DNA of 64,000 nucleotides from a virus: IMG/VR virus record IMGVR_UViG_3300023174_004273, positions 11,387 to 75,386 of that record; one strand, 5' to 3'. Shown piece by piece: positions 48,555 to 58,631 of this stretch (position 1 is its first letter; each line of letters starts with the position of its first letter). The notes under the pieces were generated by a model. It saw only the letters and a program-made list of their open reading frames with translations, ran no database searches and was not told where the DNA came from. The position numbers and the translations under genes were made by a program.

Positions 48555-49285
48555 AGTCTAAATAGCTTTCGGTCTTGGTGCGCATCAATGTTAACGTATC
48601 TGCGAACACAGTTAGCACCAATGCGCGGTGTGACTCCGTGTAATGTGTCAGCAGTATTCAAAAACAATATCATCGTATTGGCTTGATAAGGCACTGTGCC
48701 AGCCAAGGTCACATGATCAGGATTCACTTCTCGTATGCCTGTAAACTCAGGTGCGGCAACTATTTTGCGAAACACCTGTATGTCACCTCCAGTGCTGATA
48801 TCTTCTGACCGACGCATGTATAAGAGTCCAGCAAACAGTTCTCTGCTGTTGTCAATGTGTATGGTGCGTACCGTGGTTTCTTGTTGGCCGTTCAACACAA
48901 ACTGCACTTCCATTTGTACTGTGCCCGGTAGTCCTGCATGTCTTTCAGACACAGCAGAGGTCGCAAGACTGTTTTTTAATTCTGGGTAATATTTGTCTAT
49001 GGCTGGTTCAAAAAGATCTAATACTCGATTTTTGTATCCTTGGCTATTGTGGTAGGTCACAAACTCTTGCCATAGCGGTGATATAGTGCCAGGTACAAAC
49101 TCGTGTTGCCGGTATCGGCGAGCTTGGAAATGTGTTTTACCATCTTGCATCATGTGTGATTCAGGATACTCTGCTACCAGCTGATCGTACAAGTTCCAAG
49201 GTAAAGCATCTTTGATATAAAAATAAGGACAAGGATCTAATATAAGATCATCCTTGGTCACTGATTGTGTTACATCAAGATTCAT
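48551..49285 (-). CDS. 2OG-Fe(II) oxygenase
   Basis: HID, GLLYM, GGD, LHGVTPR, RRYVN. Confidence 0.8.
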   Translation of the reverse strand: MNLDVTQSVTKDDLILDPCPYFYIKDALPWNLYDQLVAEYPESHMMQDGKTHFQARRYRQHEFVPGTISPLWQEFVTYHNSQGYKNRVLDLFEPAIDKYYPELKNSLATSAVSERHAGLPGTVQMEVQFVLNGQQETTVRTIHIDNSRELFAGLLYMRRSEDISTGGDIQVFRKIVAAPEFTGIREVNPDHVTLAGTVPYQANTMILFLNTADTLHGVTPRIGANCVRRYVNIDAHQDRKLFRL

Positions 49286-50010
49286 TTGTATTTGCCAGCG
49301 ATTTCATCTGATGAGATATTCTCTCCGCCATAAAGATGCTGTATAGGAATCTCAAACTTAGCATCACTTATCTTGCGAAACACAGCGGCAACCATTGGAT
49401 CACTTTCCCAAGAATCAAGATCAAGTTTGCTTCGCCATCCTTTGTTGCGACCCAGAGCCGAGACATCTAGTTTGTGGAGATAAACTGCGTCACTGCTTGC
49501 TATCCAAAGCTCACGAAGCTCATAGCCATTCTGATTGGCCAGGCAAGGAAACAAGTTAGGATTGTAGTTGAAGAATCCGTGATCTACCCAACGATAAAAA
49601 GGCAATACATGTATCATATACCCACCTGTTTTACAAAGGTCGTGTGCATTTTTAAACACCATGTACTGATTAAAAACATGTTCACCAGTGCCATTGTTTG
49701 TAACAAGGTCAAACTGTTCGTGAAAGTTGTAGGTCTTGGGAATATCTACGTTGAGATCCATGGCTATGGCATCACGTTCAGTGTTGACATCTATGGCTAG
49801 ATATCTACTGAATCCTAGACTACGATAAAAATCTGCGGTACTTGATAGCTCTGCTGGCGGAGCTATACCTAGCTCGGCATAGACTTGATTTCTAGCTTTG
49901 GTATTTTTAAGTGTCTGATTGCCTAGTTCTAATACCGTAGGCTTTGTTCGTTTGACAAAGTCTGGCATCACTGTAGCCACTGCCCGTGTGATTAGATTGC
50001 TGTAACCCAT
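49282..50010 (-). CDS. SAM-dependent methyltransferase-like protein
   Basis: VLELG.Q, AIDV, FDLVTN.GT.EHVF, GGYMIH, DHGF. Confidence 0.78.
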   Translation of the reverse strand: MGYSNLITRAVATVMPDFVKRTKPTVLELGNQTLKNTKARNQVYAELGIAPPAELSSTADFYRSLGFSRYLAIDVNTERDAIAMDLNVDIPKTYNFHEQFDLVTNNGTGEHVFNQYMVFKNAHDLCKTGGYMIHVLPFYRWVDHGFFNYNPNLFPCLANQNGYELRELWIASSDAVYLHKLDVSALGRNKGWRSKLDLDSWESDPMVAAVFRKISDAKFEIPIQHLYGGENISSDEIAGKYK

Positions 50011-50052
50011 GCTTCCTCCTGTGGGTTATTTATCTGGGTATATTATTGCCAA

Positions 50053-50808
50053 CTATTGTTGACCAAACCAGGTAAGACTTTTATCAAGCCAAGGTAACAA
50101 TAAATCTTGTTGGCGCACACGACCAAAACGATTGATACTTTCTACGGCACTGGAAGGTAATACTCCAGCTTCGGCCAATGTATACCAAGAAGTCTGTTTG
50201 GGATCTCGTGGCGGTTGGCTGCCACGGTACACTATGGCCCGTAACCAAGGGTCATTGGGGCGTTTTGAAAAAAATCCCGAACTGCAATCCCACCCATTGA
50301 CAGCCAGCATGTGTATGAGGCTGACTAAAGTATGATTGTAGTAACAACCCGATGGTTGGTCAAATGCCAACCGATTGAATTCAACATTGGTAGTCTGTGG
50401 CACGATCAGAACCAACATACCACCGTCGGCCGCCAGGTGCCACCAGTTGCCCAGTGTTTTCAGTGGATTGATCATGTATTGGAAGGTATCATGACACCAC
50501 AAAACATCATAGGATTTTTTGACCTGGGCGATCGTTTCAAGATCAACCTGTTGGTATGATGCTACTTCTTTGGCTTCTCTTGACAAGCTGTCAACGAGAT
50601 CCATGCCCGTGCATTGTATCTTCAACGGCAACGGTTCGTCGTCTCTGGTGGTGCGTGTGGCCCACCATTGTAGATCCAGTGCTTCAGATCCACAGCCAAG
50701 GTCCACTACACGACCTATGCTTTCCATAAAATCGTCGTGCTCGTATAACTCATTCAGCGTTTCAAGACTGTGCTGATGACTTTCTTGTGCGTTTTTAAAA
50801 TATGCCAT
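50053..50808 (-). CDS. SAM-dependent methyltransferase-like protein
   Basis: VVDLGCG, YDVLWCHD, GGML.L.VP. Confidence 0.78.
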   Translation of the reverse strand: MAYFKNAQESHQHSLETLNELYEHDDFMESIGRVVDLGCGSEALDLQWWATRTTRDDEPLPLKIQCTGMDLVDSLSREAKEVASYQQVDLETIAQVKKSYDVLWCHDTFQYMINPLKTLGNWWHLAADGGMLVLIVPQTTNVEFNRLAFDQPSGCYYNHTLVSLIHMLAVNGWDCSSGFFSKRPNDPWLRAIVYRGSQPPRDPKQTSWYTLAEAGVLPSSAVESINRFGRVRQQDLLLPWLDKSLTWFGQQ

Positions 50809-51859
50809 TGATTAGTCCGTCTAGAGCTTGTGTGTGTTTTTCAAGTGCAGTGGTATGTATGTGTTTGACCAGGTCAGCATTTTTTTCAAGTCTTGCCCAG
50901 TGTTGTTTTCGCAATGACAACAAGTTGTCTTGTTTGCAAACACGAGCCACCAGCTGGACTACTTGAGTCATTCTCACCCAAGGATCCTGTGTTTGATCAT
51001 AGGCATGATCGTCAAACACATCGTCAAACACATCAAACCCCATGTTTCTGACTTCAGTGACCAGACCAGGAACAGCGTACCAGACAGGAAACTGATGCCA
51101 AGCAAAGGCCTTGAACGTTTTTTCTGTGATAAAAATACTGCGCCAGGTGTTGGAATCAATCTGGCTGGAACTTTCAGGAATGAGATTTACCGGGGCTCGA
51201 TAAAACAAATCATGATCTATGCGATGTTGGAATACATGATCGGCCATGGGGCGATCCACGATCATTGGATAAGGATGTGGATAAATCAGTTGTTTGATTT
51301 CATCTCTGGGATCCACGCCATTGGTCCCAAATGTCATTATGATGTCGTTTGGGTTGATTTTTGAAAACAATCTTTTGGCAAGATTTCCTCTGCTGACACT
51401 GGGCCTCCTCATGAGACACACCAGTCGATGTGTCATGGGCACAGTTGTCCAGTCTATGTGATAGTGCTCTAGATGCATGTACCAGTTGCCGTTGTAGATT
51501 AATCTGTCAGGCAAACAAATCGCTGGATATGGCAAAGTGTCTACATTTTCCACACAACTAAACACCACGCGGATGTTCTTAGGAGGCACATCACACTTGT
51601 ATACCAAATATTTGTAAAAGTTATAAAAATCTTCTGCAGAGATTCCTTCGGGTTTGAGATCAAATACCCAGATAAAATTTTTTAAATCTGCCCAAGAAAT
51701 ATTATTGGCTCTTAAATCATGCTCGAATGTATTCGCTACACTACCATCTCTAAGGCTGTCTGCTGGTATCTCTTTCCAGATGGCATATCGAACTATGCCA
51801 CCTTCTCGTGATAGCCTGTCAAGAAACTGGACTCCGGGCAACAAAACTTCTGCGGTCAT
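50795..51859 (-). CDS. TEKT-motif glycosyltransferase-like protein
   Basis: NLIPES...FITEKTFKA...QFP....PG....R.MGFDVFDD; start MTAEV at 51859 (ATGA overlap with uvsY). Confidence 0.6.
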   Translation of the reverse strand: MTAEVLLPGVQFLDRLSREGGIVRYAIWKEIPADSLRDGSVANTFEHDLRANNISWADLKNFIWVFDLKPEGISAEDFYNFYKYLVYKCDVPPKNIRVVFSCVENVDTLPYPAICLPDRLIYNGNWYMHLEHYHIDWTTVPMTHRLVCLMRRPSVSRGNLAKRLFSKINPNDIIMTFGTNGVDPRDEIKQLIYPHPYPMIVDRPMADHVFQHRIDHDLFYRAPVNLIPESSSQIDSNTWRSIFITEKTFKAFAWHQFPVWYAVPGLVTEVRNMGFDVFDDVFDDHAYDQTQDPWVRMTQVVQLVARVCKQDNLLSLRKQHWARLEKNADLVKHIHTTALEKHTQALDGLINGIF

Positions 51860-52308
51860 ACTTGTATATCTTCCATGCCTGCTGTACGCAATCGAACGAT
51901 ATGACCCATTTGCCATTGTTTGGTGTCTAGGCCTTTCATGATGCCTAGCCAACGATTGCGCAACAGTGCTACTTCGTTGATGATAGTTTCAAAATCTATG
52001 ACTTCATCTTCGCCATCTACATACTTCTCAGCATCTCTACTGGTCAACGCACGGGCATAGGCTTCTAAATACTTTTGGAAATGTCTACGGCGGATCTTGC
52101 GAAGTTGTATGTTGAGATAGTTTAACACGGCTTCTATCTCTTGTAGTTGATTGAACCGATGTTCTGTGATACCCGGTAGTTCTTTGATGTTTCGTTCAAT
52201 CATTCCGCCCACCCGACATTCCTTTTTGGCCTCCTCAAGCTCTCGCTCATAGTGCTGTATAAAGTCAGGTATGTTGGCAAGGCTAGCTGTTACTTTACTA
52301 TACCACAT
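51856..52308 (-). CDS. uvsY: UvsY-like recombination mediator
   Basis: Helical 150 aa with D.EKYVDGED and a KGLD.K.WQ..HIV.LR ending; near uvsX. Confidence 0.7.
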   Translation of the reverse strand: MWYSKVTASLANIPDFIQHYERELEEAKKECRVGGMIERNIKELPGITEHRFNQLQEIEAVLNYLNIQLRKIRRRHFQKYLEAYARALTSRDAEKYVDGEDEVIDFETIINEVALLRNRWLGIMKGLDTKQWQMGHIVRLRTAGMEDIQV

Positions 52309-53542
52309 TGCCCAACTCTTTTTCTATCCAAGAAAAACTTTGTCTCCAATCAGTGCCTCGTCGTTGATCAACTTGATCAAGGTATTCAATCAACTCCATT
52401 TGTTTTGCTTTGTTGTCACACTTAACTGATTTAACTTTTTTTATGATCCCTAAAAGAACAGATTGTGTTTGTTTTTGGTCCCAAGAATCACCTGATAGTT
52501 GATTATACAATATGCCTAACTGTTTCACAAGAAGATCTGATCCAAAAATTGAAGGACTAAAAATACTATCTTCAGGCAAGACCAAGTGCATATACCAAAA
52601 AATCTCTTGTTTGGTCCCCCATTCACGATGTTTATCCATCAATGCCTGCATCTCTGGAATAGTCAACGAACAGATAGTTGACAACAGCCCGATTCTAAAA
52701 CTTTCCTTGTCAATCAGCGATTTTAGATTTTCTTCAAACAACGATAAATCTAGTCCTGATCTAACATAGGCCTGCCCAGGCCCCCAACAATCAATACTTG
52801 CTTGTACATCAACTCTTTTGAGCTTTTTAGATTCAACCAAGTATTTCATTTGCTCAGATGCTTTGTTGACAATGGTACGAGGAACACTGAGATTAGTGAC
52901 TATATTAAACTCCAACTCTGGATGTGGATTATGTTCAAAGAACTCAAGCAACTTGAAAAAGTCTTTTTGCAGTAAAGGCTCGCCTCCAAGTATTTGTAAC
53001 CTTTGCAAAGAAAGATAGTTTTTTTCAAACCATTGCCAAAACTTTGGTGCAAGATCTTGATACTTATTGTTTTCAACAAACCGTAGATCCTTGAGCATAC
53101 TGCCTCCAAACTTTTTATCTTCGGCTTGTATGGCAGAACTTAAACTTGCTTCACAATAAATGCATTTAAGATTACATGTGTTAGAAAAAAATACTTCTAA
53201 TATTGCAGGAGTAACATTGATTAAGGTTGGATCTTGATCAAGTTCTTTTGGATACACATCAGGAATCTGATTCTGGAACAGTCGGTCGCTGATTCCACCG
53301 GCTACTTCGATATCTCGGCAGTATTCGCAACCCTGACCGGGCCATTGCGAATCTAGCATTGCCTGCCGAGCTCTTAGTTTGTTTTTGGTATTATGAAAGT
53401 TTTCAAAATCATCTACTTCAATCATGCCATGACTGGCTCGATGGCACGAAGAAGTTTGACCGCTATTTAGATATAATGTACTCCAGGACCATTTTAATCT
53501 ACATGCAGTGGACGTTTTGATTGGGAATACTTTGCCTAACAT
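52298..53542 (-). CDS. radical SAM protein with N-terminal SPASM-like domain
   Basis: CRLKW..SCH..CEYC, CNLKCIYC, GGEPL, SIDC. Confidence 0.9.
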   Translation of the reverse strand: MLGKVFPIKTSTACRLKWSWSTLYLNSGQTSSCHRASHGMIEVDDFENFHNTKNKLRARQAMLDSQWPGQGCEYCRDIEVAGGISDRLFQNQIPDVYPKELDQDPTLINVTPAILEVFFSNTCNLKCIYCEASLSSAIQAEDKKFGGSMLKDLRFVENNKYQDLAPKFWQWFEKNYLSLQRLQILGGEPLLQKDFFKLLEFFEHNPHPELEFNIVTNLSVPRTIVNKASEQMKYLVESKKLKRVDVQASIDCWGPGQAYVRSGLDLSLFEENLKSLIDKESFRIGLLSTICSLTIPEMQALMDKHREWGTKQEIFWYMHLVLPEDSIFSPSIFGSDLLVKQLGILYNQLSGDSWDQKQTQSVLLGIIKKVKSVKCDNKAKQMELIEYLDQVDQRRGTDWRQSFSWIEKELGNVV

Positions 53543-53784
53543 CAGTAATCATCATCGTCATAAGGATCTTCGTCCTCTTCTTCAAGTTCTTCCTCTTCTT
53601 TGAGATAGTCTGCAAGAGCACGTTTTATATCACCGTCTCCTTTGAAGGCGGCTTTGATGTCTTCTGCATCGACATCATTGTCAATGAGAATATTGACCAC
53701 TGTTTCTGCGGCTTCGTTACGATCCACAGCATTGATATATCTTTTGACTTCGGTCCAAATTTCGCTTGCTAATTCAACTGGCAT
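53542..53784 (-). CDS. small acidic hypothetical protein
   Basis: 80 aa with a D/E-rich tail, just downstream of uvsX. Confidence 0.75.
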   Translation of the reverse strand: MPVELASEIWTEVKRYINAVDRNEAAETVVNILIDNDVDAEDIKAAFKGDGDIKRALADYLKEEEELEEEDEDPYDDDDY

Positions 53785-53788
53785 CAGG

Positions 53789-54847
53789 TTATTCCTCCGT
53801 ATCTGATTCAGCTGTACTTACCTCAGTCTTTTGATTTTTAAAGTCTACCATGACTTTGTCAAGGCAGCCATCTTCATTTGATTCCCAGGCCTTGCGGAAG
53901 TGTTTGATGATCTCTCCCTCGCTGGTGACAAACATGAGTCTGTTGCCATCTTTCTTTAGCAGACCTTTTTTCTCTGCAAGATCAGTGAGTCCAGAGTACG
54001 GATTCATACCTGTTTCATAGGGAATCTTGACTTGCACACCTTCAAAAGGTTTAGCATAGCGTGTCTTCATGACCTTGCAAGCGGCGCGGATACCCATGAC
54101 ATCAGAAATCTTGTTACCTTCTTCGTCTTCTTTGAGTTTTAGTTTCTTCATGGCTACAACAATTGAGCTGGCATAGATAAAGCCTTGACCACCTGAGATC
54201 TTGTCATCTGGATCAAACATGTCTTGTGACGCATAGGTATGGTTAGTACACACCAAGCCCACATTGTAGCTACCAAACATGTTGACGCAGTTACGCACAA
54301 GTGCTGTCAGCGCCTTGGGCTTGCGACCTAGATCGCCTTTCAAATCACCGCTGTCAAACTGATTGATGTCTGTGGGGGTGAGCAACATACCCAAGCTGTC
54401 AATCACAAACAGAACCTTGGGACGCTCACCATCTGGCAGGGCCTTGTAGTCACTCATGAATGTGCTGATAGTCTTGGCCACGTCATCGATCATGGCCATG
54501 CTGAGTTTGAGCAGTTTGCTTTCTGAAGTGTCGACACCTAATGCTTTGAGCCAATCTTCATCAAGTGCGTTCTCTGAGTCAATCAACACAACAAAGATGC
54601 CTTGCTCTTGTGCGTTCTTGACGATATTGCCACTGCAGATATATGATTTACCTGCGCCGGATTCTCCAGCAAATACAGTGACCTTACCCAAAGGAATACC
54701 TTTGTTGAAGTCACCTGAGATCAGATAGTTCAAGGCATAGTTGCCTGTTGAGATCCAGTCTGTTGGATCGTTAAAACCGATGCTGAGACCATCGATTGAT
54801 TTTGTGATTTCCTTACGGAACTTTGATACGTCAAATGGTTTGCCCAT
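53789..54847 (-). CDS. uvsX: RecA-family recombinase (UvsX)
   Basis: ISTG..ALN, GESGAGKS, IDSENA, VIDSLG, NHTY, SGG.G..YASS. Confidence 0.95.
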   Translation of the reverse strand: MGKPFDVSKFRKEITKSIDGLSIGFNDPTDWISTGNYALNYLISGDFNKGIPLGKVTVFAGESGAGKSYICSGNIVKNAQEQGIFVVLIDSENALDEDWLKALGVDTSESKLLKLSMAMIDDVAKTISTFMSDYKALPDGERPKVLFVIDSLGMLLTPTDINQFDSGDLKGDLGRKPKALTALVRNCVNMFGSYNVGLVCTNHTYASQDMFDPDDKISGGQGFIYASSIVVAMKKLKLKEDEEGNKISDVMGIRAACKVMKTRYAKPFEGVQVKIPYETGMNPYSGLTDLAEKKGLLKKDGNRLMFVTSEGEIIKHFRKAWESNEDGCLDKVMVDFKNQKTEVSTAESDTEE

Positions 54848-54864
54848 GTTTCACCTATTGTTTG

Positions 54865-54896
54865 AGAAGAAACACAAGGGCCTTGGGCCCTTGTGT
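54865..54896 (-). terminator. hairpin/terminator between the SSB and uvsX genes
   Basis: ACACAAGGGCC-ttg-GGCCCTTGTGT with a weak U-tract, so read-through is possible. Confidence 0.65.
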
Positions 54897-54912
54897 AGAA
54901 CACTCGTATGTA

Positions 54913-55905
54913 TTACTGCTTTTGACGAGCACGGATCATTGCCAAGATATCTTCGGCTTTTTGGCCCGAAGCGGCTGGCTTCTGCACTGGTGCCGTTGCG
55001 GCAGGTGCGTCATCCTCGTCATCAAACGAGCTGGTAGAAGAAACAGGTGCTGACTTCTCCACTGGTGCGGCTTGTTCTGCTACAGTTTCAGAGCCTGTGG
55101 AAGAACCTTGCGGAGCGGCAACACCAGCAGGGCGGAAGTAGGCACCCCAACGGTCGGGATCGTAAGGTTTGCCATCAACCGAAGCTTCAAACATTTCTTT
55201 GATAACTTTGAGTTCGGCCTCTGATGGTTTCTTAGGAAGGAAGTCGGAGAGCTTGAACAAGCCGTGAGCCTCAATCGCGGCCTGCTCGGCTTCAGTCAAT
55301 GCGCTTTCCTTACGAGCCCATTTACTAGTTGAATAGTCTGCGTATCCACCTTTTGATGTTTTAGTGATACGGAAGTCCAGACCACGCATCAAATCTGTTG
55401 GCAACTCTTCCAGTTCTGGATCCATGAGTGCTGATTTGATTGTTTGGAAAATCTGAGGGCCAATGATGAATCGACGGATCGGATTTTCAGGATTCTTGTC
55501 ATCAGACAGTGGGTTCTCGCGAACGAAACCCTGCATGATGTAACTACGCTTTTTCCAATACTTACGGCCCATGTCTTCGAGAGCTTTGTCTTTGAACCAT
55601 GTGCGTACTTCTGCCAGTACTGGGCAAGCCTCTCCCCACATCTCAACGCAAGGTACTTGAACTTGAACTTGTTTAGAGTCCATTTCACCTTTGATGCCAT
55701 TGAATGGGAGTTTGATCATCGCACGTTCAACCCAGAAGAATGTGTTCTTTGAATCACCGTCAGGCAAGAAACGAAGCGTTGCGCTTTGTCCTTCGTCGAT
55801 GTTCCAGTGTGGGTAGATTGCGTTGTCGCCGCCGGATTGTTGATTACCGCCTTTGTTCGACTCTGCGGCTTGGAGTCGTGCGCGGATTTCTGCTAATGAT
55901 GCCAT
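54913..55905 (-). CDS. single-stranded DNA-binding protein (T4 gp32-like)
   Basis: LRFLPD, C.E..G..CPV, KKRSY, GPQIF, G.DFRI.K, Y..SKW and an acidic tail. Confidence 0.9.
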   Translation of the reverse strand: MASLAEIRARLQAAESNKGGNQQSGGDNAIYPHWNIDEGQSATLRFLPDGDSKNTFFWVERAMIKLPFNGIKGEMDSKQVQVQVPCVEMWGEACPVLAEVRTWFKDKALEDMGRKYWKKRSYIMQGFVRENPLSDDKNPENPIRRFIIGPQIFQTIKSALMDPELEELPTDLMRGLDFRITKTSKGGYADYSTSKWARKESALTEAEQAAIEAHGLFKLSDFLPKKPSEAELKVIKEMFEASVDGKPYDPDRWGAYFRPAGVAAPQGSSTGSETVAEQAAPVEKSAPVSSTSSFDDEDDAPAATAPVQKPAASGQKAEDILAMIRARQKQ

Positions 55906-55966
55906 AATAGAAATTGTCCTTTCAAGAAATTTATGTGCCTATATATGCCTTGCATACACCCAACTG

Positions 55967-55994
55967 AGTGTAGCATAGATATTTATACTGTCAA
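55967..55994 (-). promoter_or_regulatory. sigma70 promoter with nested TATAAATA for the SSB gene
   Basis: TTGACA, 16 bp, TACACT, with TATAAATA at 55987-55980. Confidence 0.7.
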
Positions 55995-56049
55995 CGTCAA
56001 AAGGTAGAATTTCTTCAGACCTTTGGGTATTGTGTTTAAATATCAGCAT

Positions 56050-56682
56050 ATGACACAGTATAACACAAACGCACAACAAGTCAAGATTTATGACGAAATC
56101 AGTTTGGTAGATCCAGTGGCGCCAAATCTATGGGAGGTTGATCGATGTTTCAGTCATGACACACATCAACGATTGAAAGATATCATTGATACGCAAACCA
56201 ACATGTTCGGTTGTATTGGCTTGGCAAAGCGATTAGAACTTTCATCTAGCAGTCCAGGATATGACCTTATTACTCAAATAGGCCAAGGCATGACTGATGC
56301 ACTCGCAGTCATTGTCAAAGAACCGTTGTCTTTCATGACTGCCAAATATTGGCTGGATCTGCCTGCATTTGGATGTCAAACTCATGCTGATACCAAAGAA
56401 ATCTTTGTTTCGTATCAAGTATATCTGAGTTCTTCATTTGGTGATGAAATAAGATCGCCTCAACACCACGACGGCAACATCAAAACAATAGCGTACTTAG
56501 ACAGTGTCAGCCATGATCTTGTATCAAGGGGTGCAAAATTTTTGCATGTTGACCCACCGGTACAGATTGAGTTCAAACCCAATCATGGATACATAAATCT
56601 AAATTCTGATCTCAAACCGCACCGAGTAGATGGCAGTTGGGATACCAGAATCAGTGTGATGTTTCAATATGCTCGAGTATAA
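56050..56682 (+). CDS. 2OG-Fe(II) oxygenase-like protein
   Basis: HAD, YQVYL, F.PN.GY, HRV, R.S; ATG 7 nt after TAAATA. Confidence 0.7.
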   Translation: MTQYNTNAQQVKIYDEISLVDPVAPNLWEVDRCFSHDTHQRLKDIIDTQTNMFGCIGLAKRLELSSSSPGYDLITQIGQGMTDALAVIVKEPLSFMTAKYWLDLPAFGCQTHADTKEIFVSYQVYLSSSFGDEIRSPQHHDGNIKTIAYLDSVSHDLVSRGAKFLHVDPPVQIEFKPNHGYINLNSDLKPHRVDGSWDTRISVMFQYARV

Positions 56683-57227
56683 CTCAATACTAAAACTTCG
56701 CGTATAGAGTTGTTAGGGACTCGGTGTATCATGCCATTAAACCCCCTTGGTTCATTTACATAGATAGATGCTGTGTTTGGTTCGTAATGAACCATGTCCA
56801 CATCATGTATAGACAGTTTACGGTTGGGTTGATAATCTAGTTCAGACTGTTCGTTGACTTCTCTGTCGTGACAAAATGCAAAACTCATCCGAGCATCTGG
56901 ATCTTCAGACATCACTATTTGTACTTGTACATAGATATCTGGATGTAGTCTGTGCATCATTATTGAACTGCCGGGTAGATCGATACTGACATAAGCAACC
57001 TGTGGTTGTATGTTTTGTTTGATTGTAGAACTTATACGTTCTTGTTCTTGGCGTACGATGTCTTGTAGTTCAGGAGAGTCGCTCCAGGGTGTGAGCAGTC
57101 GGTCATCATACTGCATAGAAAACGGCATGCGACTTTTACGATAGAGTTGTTTTATTTCTTGGAATCGTTCAGCTGAAAAATAAGGCTGTATTTGCCAAAG
57201 CTGATGATTGATTCGGTACCCGCTCAT
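56664..57227 (-). CDS. 2OG-Fe(II) oxygenase-like protein, divergent
   Basis: Same layout as its neighbour (DLPG....H, QVQI, Y.PN, R..L..SY), but the HxD and distal His are altered. Confidence 0.5.
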   Translation of the reverse strand: MSGYRINHQLWQIQPYFSAERFQEIKQLYRKSRMPFSMQYDDRLLTPWSDSPELQDIVRQEQERISSTIKQNIQPQVAYVSIDLPGSSIMMHRLHPDIYVQVQIVMSEDPDARMSFAFCHDREVNEQSELDYQPNRKLSIHDVDMVHYEPNTASIYVNEPRGFNGMIHRVPNNSIREVLVLSYTRAY

Positions 57228-58618
57228 TTTACTGCCGCGAGTGATTGCAATCTTTCTAGCTTCAAGGATTCATACATACCGCACTCGGTCATGCCATGTA
57301 CAGGGCACATAGTGCCTTCTGCGGTCATGTTACATTGACCTTCACTGACGGGTTGTTGATTGTTATTAGTATCTAAGTTTTCGTCGTCAACTGCTTGTAC
57401 TGCATCTGCTGGTATGCCCAACGCTGTCAACCGTTCCATCACACGAGGATCGTCCCAGGCATTGGCATCTGGATTCTTGTCAGCTATATCTGTGAGTATG
57501 TCAAACAAATGATCGTCTCCCACTAGATCATACAGTTGTTCTGTGGCATTGGTAGCATCAGGTCCGACCACGAGAGGTTTGCTCATGAGCTCTTGTAGTT
57601 TTTTGGCTGACTCGGGTGTGTCAGGCAATGCCCATGTGCCTTCCATGACACGGCTGGCCCAAGTTTCAAATATATCAGCTTCTTTCATGTCTACTTCCTG
57701 TAGTTTTGCCAGCACTGGCAGAGCTTGTTCTATCCTTGGATCCAGACTCTGTTGTACAAAGAGTTCACGTATGGTTTCTACTGCTTCGTCCACAGGAGTT
57801 ATCTGTGCAGGATCAAAAGAGTTTCTTTCTTCATGATATCCTCTACGACCAATCAATCTTTTGGCTTTGGCTTTGAGCTCGTTGTAGTGACGCACAGCGG
57901 CTTCAACCATGTGTGCCGCATTGCCATCGTAGTTCTTGTGTCTAGATGCGCGAACAAAGTTTGCCAAGGTGCGCATTTCGTTTACTATTTCATTGATGTG
58001 TTGGCCAAATGCGTCATAGGGATTACCACCTTCGGCCACGTGTCGTGCCAACATACGTCCATGCATGAGACTACGGCTGGGAACTTTGAACCTTTCGCCT
58101 TCGGCTGTTTCGACGTAGATGCTTTCAATGTTGCGATAACGAGCATCTCCTTCTTCGAGATCTCTGCTGTGTTTGATACGCAGGCGTGTTTTTTGAGGCT
58201 GATCACTGTAGCTGACTTTGCGTGTGCCATAGTAGCTTTCAAAAATGCTTTCTTTGACGGCAGCCATGGTCTTCATGTTGTATTTGAGTCTAGATAGATT
58301 TTTAAGACTAAACGTCAAAAGATTGCGTTTGGCAAACATACGCACAAGATACAGGAAATCATACCAGTCTTTGCGATCATCACCTTCCATGGCGCGACCC
58401 ATGTTGTCACCAAAGTAGATATCTAGATTGTTTTCGCCGTCCAACACCATGACCACAGCACCATAATCCTGCTGTTCGGTTTGATAATCAAAACTGATGA
58501 TCTCTGCATCAGCTGGATTGTCAGCGGGTTTGCCCAAAGAATCTAAAGCTTCAGGTTCAAAATCTCTGCTGACCAGCAAATCGTATAACTGTTGTGCGGC
58601 TGTGTTGGATTGACTCAT
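57224..58618 (-). CDS. probable virion/head-associated protein
   Basis: TAAATA 7 nt before the ATG; several x-x-E cleavage-like sites; C-terminal CN.T.EG..CPVHG..EC. Confidence 0.55.
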   Translation of the reverse strand: MSQSNTAAQQLYDLLVSRDFEPEALDSLGKPADNPADAEIISFDYQTEQQDYGAVVMVLDGENNLDIYFGDNMGRAMEGDDRKDWYDFLYLVRMFAKRNLLTFSLKNLSRLKYNMKTMAAVKESIFESYYGTRKVSYSDQPQKTRLRIKHSRDLEEGDARYRNIESIYVETAEGERFKVPSRSLMHGRMLARHVAEGGNPYDAFGQHINEIVNEMRTLANFVRASRHKNYDGNAAHMVEAAVRHYNELKAKAKRLIGRRGYHEERNSFDPAQITPVDEAVETIRELFVQQSLDPRIEQALPVLAKLQEVDMKEADIFETWASRVMEGTWALPDTPESAKKLQELMSKPLVVGPDATNATEQLYDLVGDDHLFDILTDIADKNPDANAWDDPRVMERLTALGIPADAVQAVDDENLDTNNNQQPVSEGQCNMTAEGTMCPVHGMTECGMYESLKLERLQSLAAVK

Positions 58619-58631
58619 AGTATTGTATTTA

